A DNA stretch of 64,000 nucleotides from Patescibacteria group bacterium. Its GTDB lineage: Bacteria > Patescibacteriota > Microgenomatia > Levybacterales > UBA12049. Positions 7,912 through 17,041 of the stretch are shown one piece after another. The first letter of the stretch is position 1; each line of letters opens with the position of its first letter. The notes under the pieces are model-generated. The model saw nothing but the letters and a program-made list of their open reading frames with translations, had not been told where the DNA came from and searched no databases. The stretch lies in contig DATICB010000001.1 in the NCBI GenBank assembly GCA_035457005.1, positions 3,246-67,245 of the forward strand, read 5' to 3'. The translations under genes and the position numbers were made by a program.

Positions 7912-8481
7912 GTGATTCTTTCTGACAGAGACATTAAAAAAGCCCTTCAAGAAAAAAGAATTGTCATTACCCCAAAGCCTGATTTAGCAATACAGCTGGG
8001 GAGTTGTTCGGTTGATCTGCGTTTGGGCAATGCGTTTCGCGTATTTGATCATTCGCGTTTTCCTTTTATTGATCCGTCGAAAAAAGATTTTAGTAACGAA
8101 ATAACCAAAGAAGTTGTTGTAAAAGATGGGACAAATTTTATTATGCAGCCAGGGGATTTTGTTTTGGCAGTATGTCTTGAGAATGTAAAAATTCCAGCAG
8201 ATTTAATGGGGCGGTTGGAGGGACGTTCATCCCTTGGCCGTTTGGGATTGGTTGTCCATTCAACAGCATCTACTTTTGATGCCGGGTGGGATGGGAAGCC
8301 TGTTTTGGAATTGGGGAATTTGGGAAGAATGGCAATTTCTCTGACTCCTGGCATGCGTATTTGTGCCATGACATTTGAGCAGCTGAGTAGTCCTGCAGAG
8401 ACGCCCTACACGAATAAAAAATTTGCAAAATATAAATTTCAACAAAAGCCGGAAGAAAGCAAAATCCACGAGGAAAGATAA
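7912..8481 (+). CDS. dcd: dCTP deaminase
   Basis: GTG start. MILSDRDIKKAL..VDLRLGN..GRSSLGRLGL matches Dcd along its length. Confidence 0.8.
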   Translation: MILSDRDIKKALQEKRIVITPKPDLAIQLGSCSVDLRLGNAFRVFDHSRFPFIDPSKKDFSNEITKEVVVKDGTNFIMQPGDFVLAVCLENVKIPADLMGRLEGRSSLGRLGLVVHSTASTFDAGWDGKPVLELGNLGRMAISLTPGMRICAMTFEQLSSPAETPYTNKKFAKYKFQQKPEESKIHEER

Positions 8482-8482
8482 G

Positions 8483-9022
8483 ATGATTTTAGGACCGAAA
8501 AAATTATTAGAATTAGTGAGTTCAGCTAAATTGGTAGAGGGTTTGTCAGAGCGTGAGCTTACCAATCCCGAAGGTGCAGGATTTGATTTGCGACTAGGAG
8601 AGGTGTACACAATTTCTGGCGATGCATTTTTGGGCGAAACTCACAGAAAAACAGCAGACATAGAGTTAGTTCAAAGTTATGATGCAAAAGAACCTCGTTC
8701 TGTCGTTATTAAGCCAGGAGACTTTGTATTAGTTAAGACAATAGAATCAGTGAATATGCCAAACAATCTGACGGCATCTATTACTCCTCGTTCAACAACG
8801 TATCGTTCAGGTTTGATGCTTCGTACAGGCAATGTGCCACCGGGCTACTGTGGAGGACTTACATTTGGTCTAAAAAATGAAGGACCAATTGAGGTAACAA
8901 TAGAAATGGGTGCTCGGTTTGTCCACATCCAATTTAGCGAAGTTTTGGGGGAGGGGAATATGTATCGTGGTCAGTGGCAGGGAGGAAGAGTTACTGCAAC
9001 AAAAAAAGAAAAACAAGTGTAA
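8483..9022 (+). CDS. dCTP deaminase/dUTPase superfamily protein (second tandem copy)
   Basis: FDLRLGEVY ... SITPRSTTYRSGLML resembles the Dcd/Dut fold. The start was taken at the internal Met, MILGPKK. Confidence 0.6.
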   Translation: MILGPKKLLELVSSAKLVEGLSERELTNPEGAGFDLRLGEVYTISGDAFLGETHRKTADIELVQSYDAKEPRSVVIKPGDFVLVKTIESVNMPNNLTASITPRSTTYRSGLMLRTGNVPPGYCGGLTFGLKNEGPIEVTIEMGARFVHIQFSEVLGEGNMYRGQWQGGRVTATKKEKQV

Positions 9023-9366
9023 TGAAATTTACTAAAAAAAATCTTTCAGAAATTCCACTTGAAGAAGCGCATGCGGGAAGCGGTTCTCGACAAATGCTTT
9101 TTACTCCTGGTTCTGCCAAAAGTACTAAATGGGAAGCAGTTACAAAAGGATTTTTGCCAGCAAGATCGCAATTTGATTGGCATGATCACAAGGATACGGA
9201 TGAAATGTTTATTGTTCTACGCGGAACGGGAAAGTTTTATTGTGAAGATACAGAAGTAGACTATAAAGCAGGGGATGTCATTTTAGTCAGAGCAAATACA
9301 AAGCACAAAATTCTGAACGATGGGAAAGAAACAACAGAAGGATTTTTTATTAGAATTAAGGTATAA
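9022..9366 (+). CDS. cupin domain protein
   Basis: WHDHKDTDEMFIVLRGTGKFY..AGDVILV is a cupin two-motif pattern. The start overlaps the previous stop (TAATG). Confidence 0.55.
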   Translation: MKFTKKNLSEIPLEEAHAGSGSRQMLFTPGSAKSTKWEAVTKGFLPARSQFDWHDHKDTDEMFIVLRGTGKFYCEDTEVDYKAGDVILVRANTKHKILNDGKETTEGFFIRIKV

Positions 9367-9420
9367 ATTCTCTTTGTGGTGTCTTGTCAAAAAATATATT
9401 TCGTGTTACTTTAAATCACA

Positions 9421-10472
9421 TGCCAACCTCTCAAAAACACGCTGAATATCAATATTTAGATCTTCTGAAAGAAGCACTCAAAGACGGGATTATTAAAATA
9501 GACCGAGGGACAGATATAAAACTTCATAGTTTGTTTGGTCGACAGACACGCTACGATTTATCGCAAGGATTTCCACTGCTCACAACAAAAAAAGTGTACT
9601 GGAAGGGAGTCATTCACGAGTTGTATTGGTTTATGTCAGGGCAAACAAATATTAAATATTTAGTTGATAATAACGTGCATATTTGGGACGACTATCCGTA
9701 CAAAATATATAAGACAAAAATGAGTCAGCATCATTCTGTCATTGCGAGCGAAGCGAAGCAATCTAATAAAAATAAGATTGCCGTGTCGTCTTCGACTCCT
9801 CGCAATGACATTATTTTAACAAAAGAAGAATTTATAGAAAAAATAAAGACAAATAATACGTTTGCCAAAAAATGGGGAAATCTGCCAAGAATTTATGGAG
9901 AAATGTGGCGCAAATGGCCTACCAAGACAGGCCGAACAATAGATCAGCTTGCATGGGTTTTACAGGAAATGAAAGAAGATCCTGATGCAAAAAACCTTAT
10001 TGTCACCTCGTGGAATCCAGAATATATGTATACCATGGCGACTTACGAAGACGCGAATAGGTTTCCAATTTGCCACAACATGTATCAAATCAGCAATCGC
10101 AATGGCTATTTGGACTTACAGCTGTATCAGCGCAGTGCAGATTTATTTTTAGGAGTGCCATTTAATATTGCGTCTTATGCGCTTTTGACTATGATTCTGG
10201 CAAAAATTGCAGGACTCAAGCCTGGTGTTTTTACCCATACATTTGGCGATGTGCATGTGTATGACGATCATGTCGCGGCAGTAAAAGAGCAATTAAAGAG
10301 AAAACCAAGACCATTCCCGAAAATTAAGTTTACTCATGATTTTAAAACGCTCGATGCGTTTCGACCAGAATACGTTGAATTAGTCAATTATGATCCATAC
10401 CCAACTATTAAAGCAGAATTGACTGTTGCAGGTGGACTTTTTGATAAAAAAACAGGGAAGATGGCAGGGTAA
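9421..10472 (+). CDS. thyA: thymidylate synthase ThyA with a ~50-aa small-domain insertion that contains an R1 repeat
   Basis: QYLDLL, IHELYWF, YGEMWRKW, LQLYQRSADLFLGVPFNIASYALL. An in-frame TTG at 9384 is also possible as the start. Confidence 0.85.
9738..9809. repeat. R1 element in frame inside thyA
   Basis: GTCATTGCGAGCGAAGCGAAGCAATC...GATTGCCGTGTCG...CTCGCAATGAC, translated VIASEAKQSNKNKIAVSSSTPRND. Confidence 0.75.
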
Positions 10473-10483
10473 AGATAAGATCT

Positions 10484-10759
10484 TTAGTGACCCCTTCTAA
10501 AAGCATGTACATACGCTCCTGCTGCTGCAGCAAGATCACGCATTGCTTGTGCATCTCTTTGTTGTGTATTTCTAGCATTGAATCCTACGCCCCTTTGACT
10601 TCCGATTGCACGACTAACATGCGTTCGGACGTGATGTCTTGTTGCTGCGTCTCCATGTCGACGCGAGCTGTCTAGCAATGGTGCTGCTGCTTCCCATCCC
10701 GCTCTGTTGCGGTCTATTAGCTGTTGCATTCCTTGCTCTAGTCTTTGTTGAATTGTCAT
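10484..10759 (-). CDS. hypothetical Arg/Ala-rich protein (GC-rich ORF)
   Basis: 91-aa ORF; coding strand uncertain because a + strand ORF overlaps it. Confidence 0.25.
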   Translation of the reverse strand: MTIQQRLEQGMQQLIDRNRAGWEAAAPLLDSSRRHGDAATRHHVRTHVSRAIGSQRGVGFNARNTQQRDAQAMRDLAAAAGAYVHAFRRGH

Positions 10760-10823
10760 TATGTCTATAGTATATACCTTGTGTCAAGAGATGCTTGACA
10801 AAAATTGGACAAAATATTTCTCC

Positions 10824-10852
10824 TTGACATTACTGTGCGTAAACTCTATAGT
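10824..10852 (+). promoter_or_regulatory. sigma70-like promoter (TTGACA-17-TATAGT), probably leaderless
   Basis: The GTG start at 10861 lies 8 nt after the -10 box. Confidence 0.4.
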
Positions 10853-10860
10853 TTTTTCTT

Positions 10861-11085
10861 GTGTCAGACAGACGATTACCAATTTTTAGAGCATCTCAAG
10901 GACAGTGTGAAAATTTAGAAGCAAACGGGCATTGTGGATTAAGGCGACCAGTTCCTGGTTCTCAATTTTTGGGCACTCCACGTTACGATGGCCCTTTCCC
11001 AATGGATCCAGGTACAGGAGATTGCAATTTTAGAAATGAACCAGCATTTCAGCGACTTTGCCGTAAGTACAAACGAAATAATTAG
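10861..11085 (+). CDS. small Cys4 Pro/Gly-rich protein (possible distant member of the 1951-2728 family)
   Basis: 74 aa with 4 Cys. DPGTGDC is comparable to DPATGSGD..APC; basic C-terminus. Confidence 0.35.
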   Translation: MSDRRLPIFRASQGQCENLEANGHCGLRRPVPGSQFLGTPRYDGPFPMDPGTGDCNFRNEPAFQRLCRKYKRNN

Positions 11086-11354
11086 GCTTAAGAAAAATTA
11101 GCGCCTTTTTGCAGGTGATGGTGTTGGTTGGTTTTCTTGTGGCGTTTGTCCACTCTGACGACCAAGATCTCTCATCTGATCCGCTGTTGTTGCAGCTTTT
11201 TCTCTTCGAGCACCACGTCTTTTTTGACGCCAAAACTCTAAAACAGCGGCAATTACGTTTGGTTGGGAAGTTTGTCTTTGCTTTTCCATAATGGCTGCAT
11301 TGTAGATCCATCATGTTTATTTGTCAAATACAGAAATGTGATATAACTAAAACA

Positions 11355-11963
11355 ATGAAAATTTCAGCAATTGCAATTATTTCTAAAAATCGGGGATTGG
11401 GATTTGAGAATCATCTTCTTTTCCATATTCCTGGTGAGCTCCCACGATTAAAAGCAATTACCATGGGCCATCCAGTTGTTATGGGAAGAAAAACGCATGA
11501 GTCAATTGGGAGAATTTTGCCAGGAAGACTCAACATTGTTATTACCAGAAAAGGTGGAGAGGATGTGCCGGGTTTGCTTATTTTTGTTGACAGTTTGGAA
11601 AAAGCATTGGAGATTGCAAAAGAGAGTGAGGGAAAAAAAGTCAAAAAGTCTTCTTCGAGCAAGCAAAGCGAGTCGAGAAGTGAGTTGTCGACAAGCTCGA
11701 ACAAGAATAAGATTGCCGCGTCGGTCGCCAAAGGCGAACCTCCTCGCAATGACAACGAAGGCGAAATCTTTATCTTAGGTGGGGGACAAATTTTTGCAGA
11801 AAGCCTGTCAATAACAGATCGTTTGTATTTGACAATTGTTGATACAGAAGTACCAGCAGATACTTTTTTTCCAGACTACGAAAAAGAATTTACAAAAGTT
11901 ATTACTGAGGAGAAGAAAACAGATTGGGAATACCCCTACACATTTCTTACTTTAGAAAAATAA
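11355..11963 (+). CDS. folA: dihydrofolate reductase with a ~45-aa insertion built from R2 plus an R1 half
   Basis: ISAIAIISKNRGLG..LPRLKAITMGHPVVMGRKTHESIG, IFILGGGQIF. Confidence 0.85.
   Translation: MKISAIAIISKNRGLGFENHLLFHIPGELPRLKAITMGHPVVMGRKTHESIGRILPGRLNIVITRKGGEDVPGLLIFVDSLEKALEIAKESEGKKVKKSSSSKQSESRSELSTSSNKNKIAASVAKGEPPRNDNEGEIFILGGGQIFAESLSITDRLYLTIVDTEVPADTFFPDYEKEFTKVITEEKKTDWEYPYTFLTLEK
11651..11686. repeat. R2 element (CTTCTTCGAGCAAGC.AAGCGAGTCGAGAAG) in frame in folA
   Basis: Also present in recR at 38804-38836; translated SSSSKQSESRSE. Confidence 0.6.
11705..11752. repeat. R1 3' half-element in frame in folA
   Basis: AATAAGATTGCCGCGTCG...CCTCGCAATGAC, translated NKNKIAASVAKGEPPRND. 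Confidence 0.65.
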
Positions 11964-11967
11964 ACAC

Positions 11968-12981
11968 CTACTGTCTTTTCGACCGCCTGAGTCTTTCACT
12001 CATTGTTTTGGGCATGTTGCCAATGTATTCCTGCAAAAGTCCAAGATGCAACTTGCCTGCAGCTAAAATGTGTGCCTTCTGAAACGCTTTCTGCTGATTT
12101 GTTTGTGTCCAGTTCTGTGAAGTTAGCTCATCTGGGTTTTGTGTCATGTATTGGATAACTTCCATTTCTTGAAATGTCTCGACTTTTATGCCTCCCGCTG
12201 TCTTGGCAAGTGGCGGGTAGGTTTTGGCTGCCTCCAATTGATACTGCGCAAATCCTTCTGGCGTTGCTAAATAGGCAAGTTTTTCTGGATCGAGGAGCAC
12301 CACCATTTGTCGCACAGAGTATGCATCTCTGGATGTGTCACGCCTACTACTGTTGTGAATATAGGTTGCCATTTCAATAATGTAGGGAACAGACGGCCAA
12401 TTATTTTCTTGTGCCATTCGTGCAAGTGATGCAAATCGCTCTTGTACTGTTTCCATTTCCCGTCCTGCATGGACTCTCTCTGGTTTGCCAACTCTTTGAA
12501 AAACAATTTGGCCATCTTGAATGGTTGGTATTGCATTGACCTCGTCAAGGCCAACAATTGGATTGACTCTCCACCAATGGTGTTCTTTAAATCTTTCACG
12601 AATTGGGTGAGACCGTCTTTCGTTTCGTTGTATCTGTGCGGCAGAGAGCGCCTTGGACTTTGCATCCAGAAAAGGACTACCAGTATGCTGCTCCTCACCA
12701 ACCAATCGTCGAAGAGAAAGAGCGGGAAAATTTCTGCGAAAATCTTCTTCGCGAATACCATTATCACTAGCAATACCTGCAACATGGAGTCCAATCCCCA
12801 GTGAAAATTTTGTTTTCTTGGGCATATGGCGGACTGATTCTTGGATGAGTTCTTGCCTGGTTGCATCAAGAAGAGTGGTAAAGAGGATCGGGGCTTTTTC
12901 TGTGCGTGGTGAAATTGCAGTTTCGCTGCTTGGTAAGTGAGGATACGGTGGAGGGGTTGTCCCTGCTTCGATCCTTTTCAT
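11968..12981 (-). CDS. hypothetical protein (337 aa) at the distal end of the purine-salvage block
   Basis: Long ORF with no recognised motif. Confidence 0.5.
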   Translation of the reverse strand: MKRIEAGTTPPPYPHLPSSETAISPRTEKAPILFTTLLDATRQELIQESVRHMPKKTKFSLGIGLHVAGIASDNGIREEDFRRNFPALSLRRLVGEEQHTGSPFLDAKSKALSAAQIQRNERRSHPIRERFKEHHWWRVNPIVGLDEVNAIPTIQDGQIVFQRVGKPERVHAGREMETVQERFASLARMAQENNWPSVPYIIEMATYIHNSSRRDTSRDAYSVRQMVVLLDPEKLAYLATPEGFAQYQLEAAKTYPPLAKTAGGIKVETFQEMEVIQYMTQNPDELTSQNWTQTNQQKAFQKAHILAAGKLHLGLLQEYIGNMPKTMSERLRRSKRQ

Positions 12982-13116
12982 ATCACGTCAAAAAAATAGG
13001 TGTCATATATTTGTGCTGACGAAAAGGAGAGAAAATAGCGGAGAATTTTTGGAGTTCCATGACTTATTTTATTTGAAAGAGAGAATTCCTGTCAATAAGA
13101 TAATTTACTATGGGTA

Positions 13117-14175
13117 TTATTTTGATTGTTGGCTGAGTGATGTAGCAAGTTTAATGACCGCTGGAATAAGATAGCGCTCAGCAATTTTGCCACCAGACAA
13201 CACTTCTTCTGCATTTGTTGGATTGGGACTTGCGACATTATTTCGCCTGAGACTTTCTTTTGTTGGAAATTCAGGACGAGAAATAATATTGGTTGCAGCA
13301 GTAAGCCCAATCCAGGGAATTTTTCTGTCAAAACCGTTACTATCTGTAGATGGATCATTGTAATGCTGCATGACCATTGCCTCTGTGGCAAAGGACATGC
13401 CAAAAAGTTGCACCATGTCGGGATTTTGTTGAGAAAGCGCTGGATACATGCCATTTGCAATATCGCCTCTGCCCTCGTAGAGCGGCGCATTGATTGCCAT
13501 CGTATAGATGCCAAGATGCAGATTGTTGGCGGGAATTGTGTCTTCGAGTAGTGCAAATAGGTGCGGATCTGCAGTGTCTGCTTTTCCGGGGAATCGTTGT
13601 CCAAGTCTATCATCATTTGGTCCAATCAGTGGATTGACGCCGTTTTGATTGACATAGTCAACATCCACCACAACATCGCCAACATGAACATTGCCATTAT
13701 CCAATGCGCCTGCTGCATTGGTTGTGACGAGCCAGTTAATTCCCAAGCCTTTGGCAACGCGAAGGGGAGCGGTGATCATCTTTAATTGTTGCGGAGAATA
13801 ATCGGTATCGTACATATGGGCCCTTCCGGTCATAATGCCAACTTCCTGACCACCAATATCGGCAATCACCAACTCTTTTCCATGTCCTGGCGCTGTCGGG
13901 ACAAACCAATGGGGGATTTGCTCCATGGGGATTTTGTCGTGAATGGTTATGTCTGGTGAATCTGCAAGTCCTGCTAACCCTGACCCACACACAATCCAAC
14001 CATCGAGTGTTTTTCTGCCAATTTTTTCTTGCAAACGATTTTCCAGAAACGTTTTGCTTTCGACCAATTGCTCATAATATCTCTGTTGCTCGGCTCTGCC
14101 AATTTCCTGCTGAAGCCCTACGTTAAAACGCTCGCGTGCAATAGTTTTGGCTCTTGATGTTTTTCTTTCGCTCAT
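13117..14175 (-). CDS. purine nucleoside phosphorylase / MTAP family protein
   Basis: GSGLAGL, GRAHMYD, LVTTNAAGAL are PNP/MTAP family-1 motifs. Confidence 0.7.
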   Translation of the reverse strand: MSERKTSRAKTIARERFNVGLQQEIGRAEQQRYYEQLVESKTFLENRLQEKIGRKTLDGWIVCGSGLAGLADSPDITIHDKIPMEQIPHWFVPTAPGHGKELVIADIGGQEVGIMTGRAHMYDTDYSPQQLKMITAPLRVAKGLGINWLVTTNAAGALDNGNVHVGDVVVDVDYVNQNGVNPLIGPNDDRLGQRFPGKADTADPHLFALLEDTIPANNLHLGIYTMAINAPLYEGRGDIANGMYPALSQQNPDMVQLFGMSFATEAMVMQHYNDPSTDSNGFDRKIPWIGLTAATNIISRPEFPTKESLRRNNVASPNPTNAEEVLSGGKIAERYLIPAVIKLATSLSQQSK

Positions 14176-14723
14176 ATAGTTGACCAGTCTACTATACCAA
14201 GTTGTCTTAATTTTTTCTTTGCTTCTTGTAATCCGAATTTTTCTATAAATGCTGCTTTTGTTTCTCTTAATTCATATGGCAAGATGATCCACCCATTTAA
14301 TTGTTCCTCATAAAAATGAGGAACATATTTTGTCCGTGGTTTTATGTACAAAGAGGCAGTGATAAACGACATTACGTTTGATTCTTTGAGATACGCAGTT
14401 GCACGGAGAAATGTTGCGCCGGAATCAGCTAATTCGTCAACTAAAAGGATTTTTTCATTGGTAAATTTCTTAGAAAGCAGGTGCGTAATTACCGGAGTTT
14501 TTTGTTGGTCAAAATTTTTATATGACTCAATAGTAATAAAGGAAATTCTTGCGTCAAGGATGTCTGAAAGAATTCGACTTAAAACAATACCTCCTCTGGC
14601 AATCGCAATGATTTCATCTATTCTTCCATATTCATCGCGAATTTTTTTTGCAAGAGAAATTGCATCTTTTTCATATCTTTGCCAAGAAATAGGAATAAAT
14701 TTTTTTGTAGCTTTTTTATTCAT
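14172..14723 (-). CDS. purine phosphoribosyltransferase
   Basis: ILLVDELADSGATF is a PRPP-binding motif. Confidence 0.7.
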   Translation of the reverse strand: MNKKATKKFIPISWQRYEKDAISLAKKIRDEYGRIDEIIAIARGGIVLSRILSDILDARISFITIESYKNFDQQKTPVITHLLSKKFTNEKILLVDELADSGATFLRATAYLKESNVMSFITASLYIKPRTKYVPHFYEEQLNGWIILPYELRETKAAFIEKFGLQEAKKKLRQLGIVDWSTI

Positions 14724-14976
14724 TAGCTATTTGTAAATGAAAATTCCCAAAAGGGATACGTACTAATCCGTCCCAGGGCGTTATTACTGCTCCATCAATA
14801 TCTGCCGATCCATGTGTTTGACGAACCGATGGGTTGTTGGTAATTGTTTTGCTGTGTTTTCCTCGCCGAAGCGTTACAGTCGTTGGGCGATGCGCATCGT
14901 GAAGCACATGTTCCCTTGTTGCAGGAATACCGTTGATTGTTGTACCAGGAGGAATATCGTGAATTCTCGTTGTCAT
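14716..14976 (-). CDS. hypothetical protein (86 aa from the internal Met, MTTRIHD)
   Basis: Fills the gap exactly between the LOG stop and the PRT start, with short overlaps, so it is probably part of the operon. Confidence 0.4.
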   Translation of the reverse strand: MTTRIHDIPPGTTINGIPATREHVLHDAHRPTTVTLRRGKHSKTITNNPSVRQTHGSADIDGAVITPWDGLVRIPFGNFHLQIANE

Positions 14977-15842
14977 CTCCTTCGTGTATGTTGGCCAATT
15001 GTCTTGTCCCAATATTCATATCCTTGCCGAATTATCCCTACTATCTCGGGGACTGTTGCTGCATAGCGCACTTGCAGATCATCAAACCGTATCAATGGGT
15101 CTACTCCTTGTTTAATACGTTCTTCATACATCATTTTGTGAAAATCTTCAATGGTTTTTTTCCAAAAAGGATGAACAATAATAGGATATTCTGGTTCTAG
15201 ATGATGTGATTGCTTTAGCTGCATAACCATAATCAATTCAAGTGCTGTGCCAATACCACCAGGACCAAAGTATGCTGCATGGGACATATCAATCATTTCC
15301 TGAATTCTTGTTGTGTATTCAGTGTGCTCGTGGTAACTGTCGAGGTTAGGATCTGCTGCTTCTTCGTAGGGAAGCCTAATGCTAACGCCCAAAGTTCTTG
15401 AATTAATATTGCCTGGTAGCGCATCCTCTCGAGCACGTCGTGCGCCAAGTGCTGCGGCACCCATAATACCCGGTCCTGCGCCATTGATAATATCAACACC
15501 AAGTTCTTTTACTAATTCATGAGTGAGTTCTGTGGTAAATTGGTATTCCGGTGAATTCGGATTAATGCGTGCGCTTCCTGAAACCATGACTCGATAGTGT
15601 GTTGCAAGCTCATGGTGAAGAAGCTCTCTCCGTGCGCTGTTATATTCTCTACCTTTTTGCAGCACGCGTTCTCTTGCGCGCCTCCCATCGCCACGATGGA
15701 GACGTATAATACCCTGTGCTGCTTGGCTTTGTAGCTGGTCTAGCACCTCTGTTCTTGTTGATGTATACTTTTTTGCTTCATCAATTTCTGTCTCTGGAAT
15801 TCGGTGAGATCTGTGGAAAAGACCCTCTCTTATTTTTGTCAT
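14973..15842 (-). CDS. LOG family protein (nucleotide 5'-monophosphate nucleosidase / Rossmann TIGR00730-like)
   Basis: GAGPGIMGA and GPGGIGTALEL motifs. Confidence 0.7.
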   Translation of the reverse strand: MTKIREGLFHRSHRIPETEIDEAKKYTSTRTEVLDQLQSQAAQGIIRLHRGDGRRARERVLQKGREYNSARRELLHHELATHYRVMVSGSARINPNSPEYQFTTELTHELVKELGVDIINGAGPGIMGAAALGARRAREDALPGNINSRTLGVSIRLPYEEAADPNLDSYHEHTEYTTRIQEMIDMSHAAYFGPGGIGTALELIMVMQLKQSHHLEPEYPIIVHPFWKKTIEDFHKMMYEERIKQGVDPLIRFDDLQVRYAATVPEIVGIIRQGYEYWDKTIGQHTRRR

Positions 15843-15943
15843 GGTGTGTATTGTAAAAAAATAGAGGTAAGGTGTCTGTTCTGAGCAGAACGAGAAGATA
15901 GTTCTGAAAAGAACGCAGGAATTGTTCTACAGAGAACACATTC

Positions 15944-16585
15944 TTAAAGAAGCACGATCCTCTTAGGAGATATGATAATTTTTTTCTCCTTTTGCAGTAT
16001 ATGTAAAACTTCAGTCACCCGGGGTCGAGTTGCGCCAACAATTTGAGCAATCGTTTCGTGAGAAAAAAGCAGGATATTATTTTCTGAAAGCCGGGAAAGA
16101 AATTGCAGGATGTGATATGTCCTGTCGTAAAGATTATTGCCAAGACGAAGGCCTTGCAAGTGATTAAATTCCCTTAGTTTGGCAAGAATAATTTCATACA
16201 TATTCTTCCAAAGCTGTGGATTGTCTTGCAGTAGGGAGAGCATATCTTTTTTGTAAAGTATCAGCATATGCGAAAGATGCAATGTTTCAATAGTTGCGCT
16301 TGCTGGTTTTCTATCCAAATCCATAATACCCAGATAATTATCTTTTCTTTCATATGCCAGGAAAATTTCGTTACCTTTTTCCGTAGTCTTATATATTTTA
16401 ACTGTTCCATTGAGAATAAGGAAAATCTTGTCATTTATTTCATCTTCATGGATCAGATGATACCCTGCATGAAAGGCTTGTATTCTTGCTTTTTGAGCTA
16501 ATTTTTGCAGTTTTTCCTTATCGAGGCCGCGAAAAAGAAAGGAGGATTGAAGAATTGCGAGAATATCCTGATTGTCACTCTCCAT
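15944..16585 (-). CDS. Crp/Fnr family transcriptional regulator
   Basis: cNMP-binding-like N-terminus and a C-terminal HTH (TIAQIVGATRPRVTEVL). Confidence 0.7.
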   Translation of the reverse strand: MESDNQDILAILQSSFLFRGLDKEKLQKLAQKARIQAFHAGYHLIHEDEINDKIFLILNGTVKIYKTTEKGNEIFLAYERKDNYLGIMDLDRKPASATIETLHLSHMLILYKKDMLSLLQDNPQLWKNMYEIILAKLREFNHLQGLRLGNNLYDRTYHILQFLSRLSENNILLFSHETIAQIVGATRPRVTEVLHILQKEKKIIISPKRIVLL

Positions 16586-16681
16586 AATAAATTATATAAC
16601 CTGTAGTATAAGTTGTCAAGCGCTATTTATTCTGTTCCGCAGGGAACTGAAAAAGGTTTGTCAATAAAGTAAGCTGTTGCT

Positions 16682-16981
16682 GTGTCAAACATTACAGAAA
16701 CACCTGAATTTAGGGAAAACAGACAATTCGTCAGAGATATGATCCCCATTTTTAGAGGGAGTATGGAACGAGGAGAAATGACGTGGGAAGAAGTTGTCGC
16801 TGCTACAAAAGGACTCCGCAGGCAATTTCAATTTAATCGGAATGGCCAGGCAGAACGAGTCAGGCCAGTAGAGCCGATGGTTCCTTCAATTGAAACGATC
16901 CGTGCGTACGAAGCAGCAAGGAACAGACAAGAGTGGGATGAAGTACATCGACAAATAGCAAGACGACGAAGACATTGGTAA
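16682..16981 (+). CDS. hypothetical protein
   Basis: GTG start, 99 aa, Arg-rich C-terminus. Confidence 0.35.
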   Translation: MSNITETPEFRENRQFVRDMIPIFRGSMERGEMTWEEVVAATKGLRRQFQFNRNGQAERVRPVEPMVPSIETIRAYEAARNRQEWDEVHRQIARRRRHW

Positions 16982-17041
16982 TTTTTACCCATCTCGCCTC
17001 TTTACAATTTTCACAGTTTCAGTACAATACCTACTGGTATT

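Noticed and set aside
10487-10675. Plus-strand Cys-rich 62-aa ORF opposite the 10484-10759 ORF
   Set aside because: It is shorter than the minus-strand ORF and is a Cys/Ser low-complexity read of GC-rich DNA. The strand is unresolved, so only the longer ORF was listed, at low confidence.
12174-12940. ORFs 12267-12869 (minus strand, 200 aa) and 12442-12804 / 12653-12940 (plus strand) overlapping the 337-aa gene
   Set aside because: These are alternative-frame or antisense ORFs within a longer ORF that is contiguous with the salvage operon; no motif supports them.
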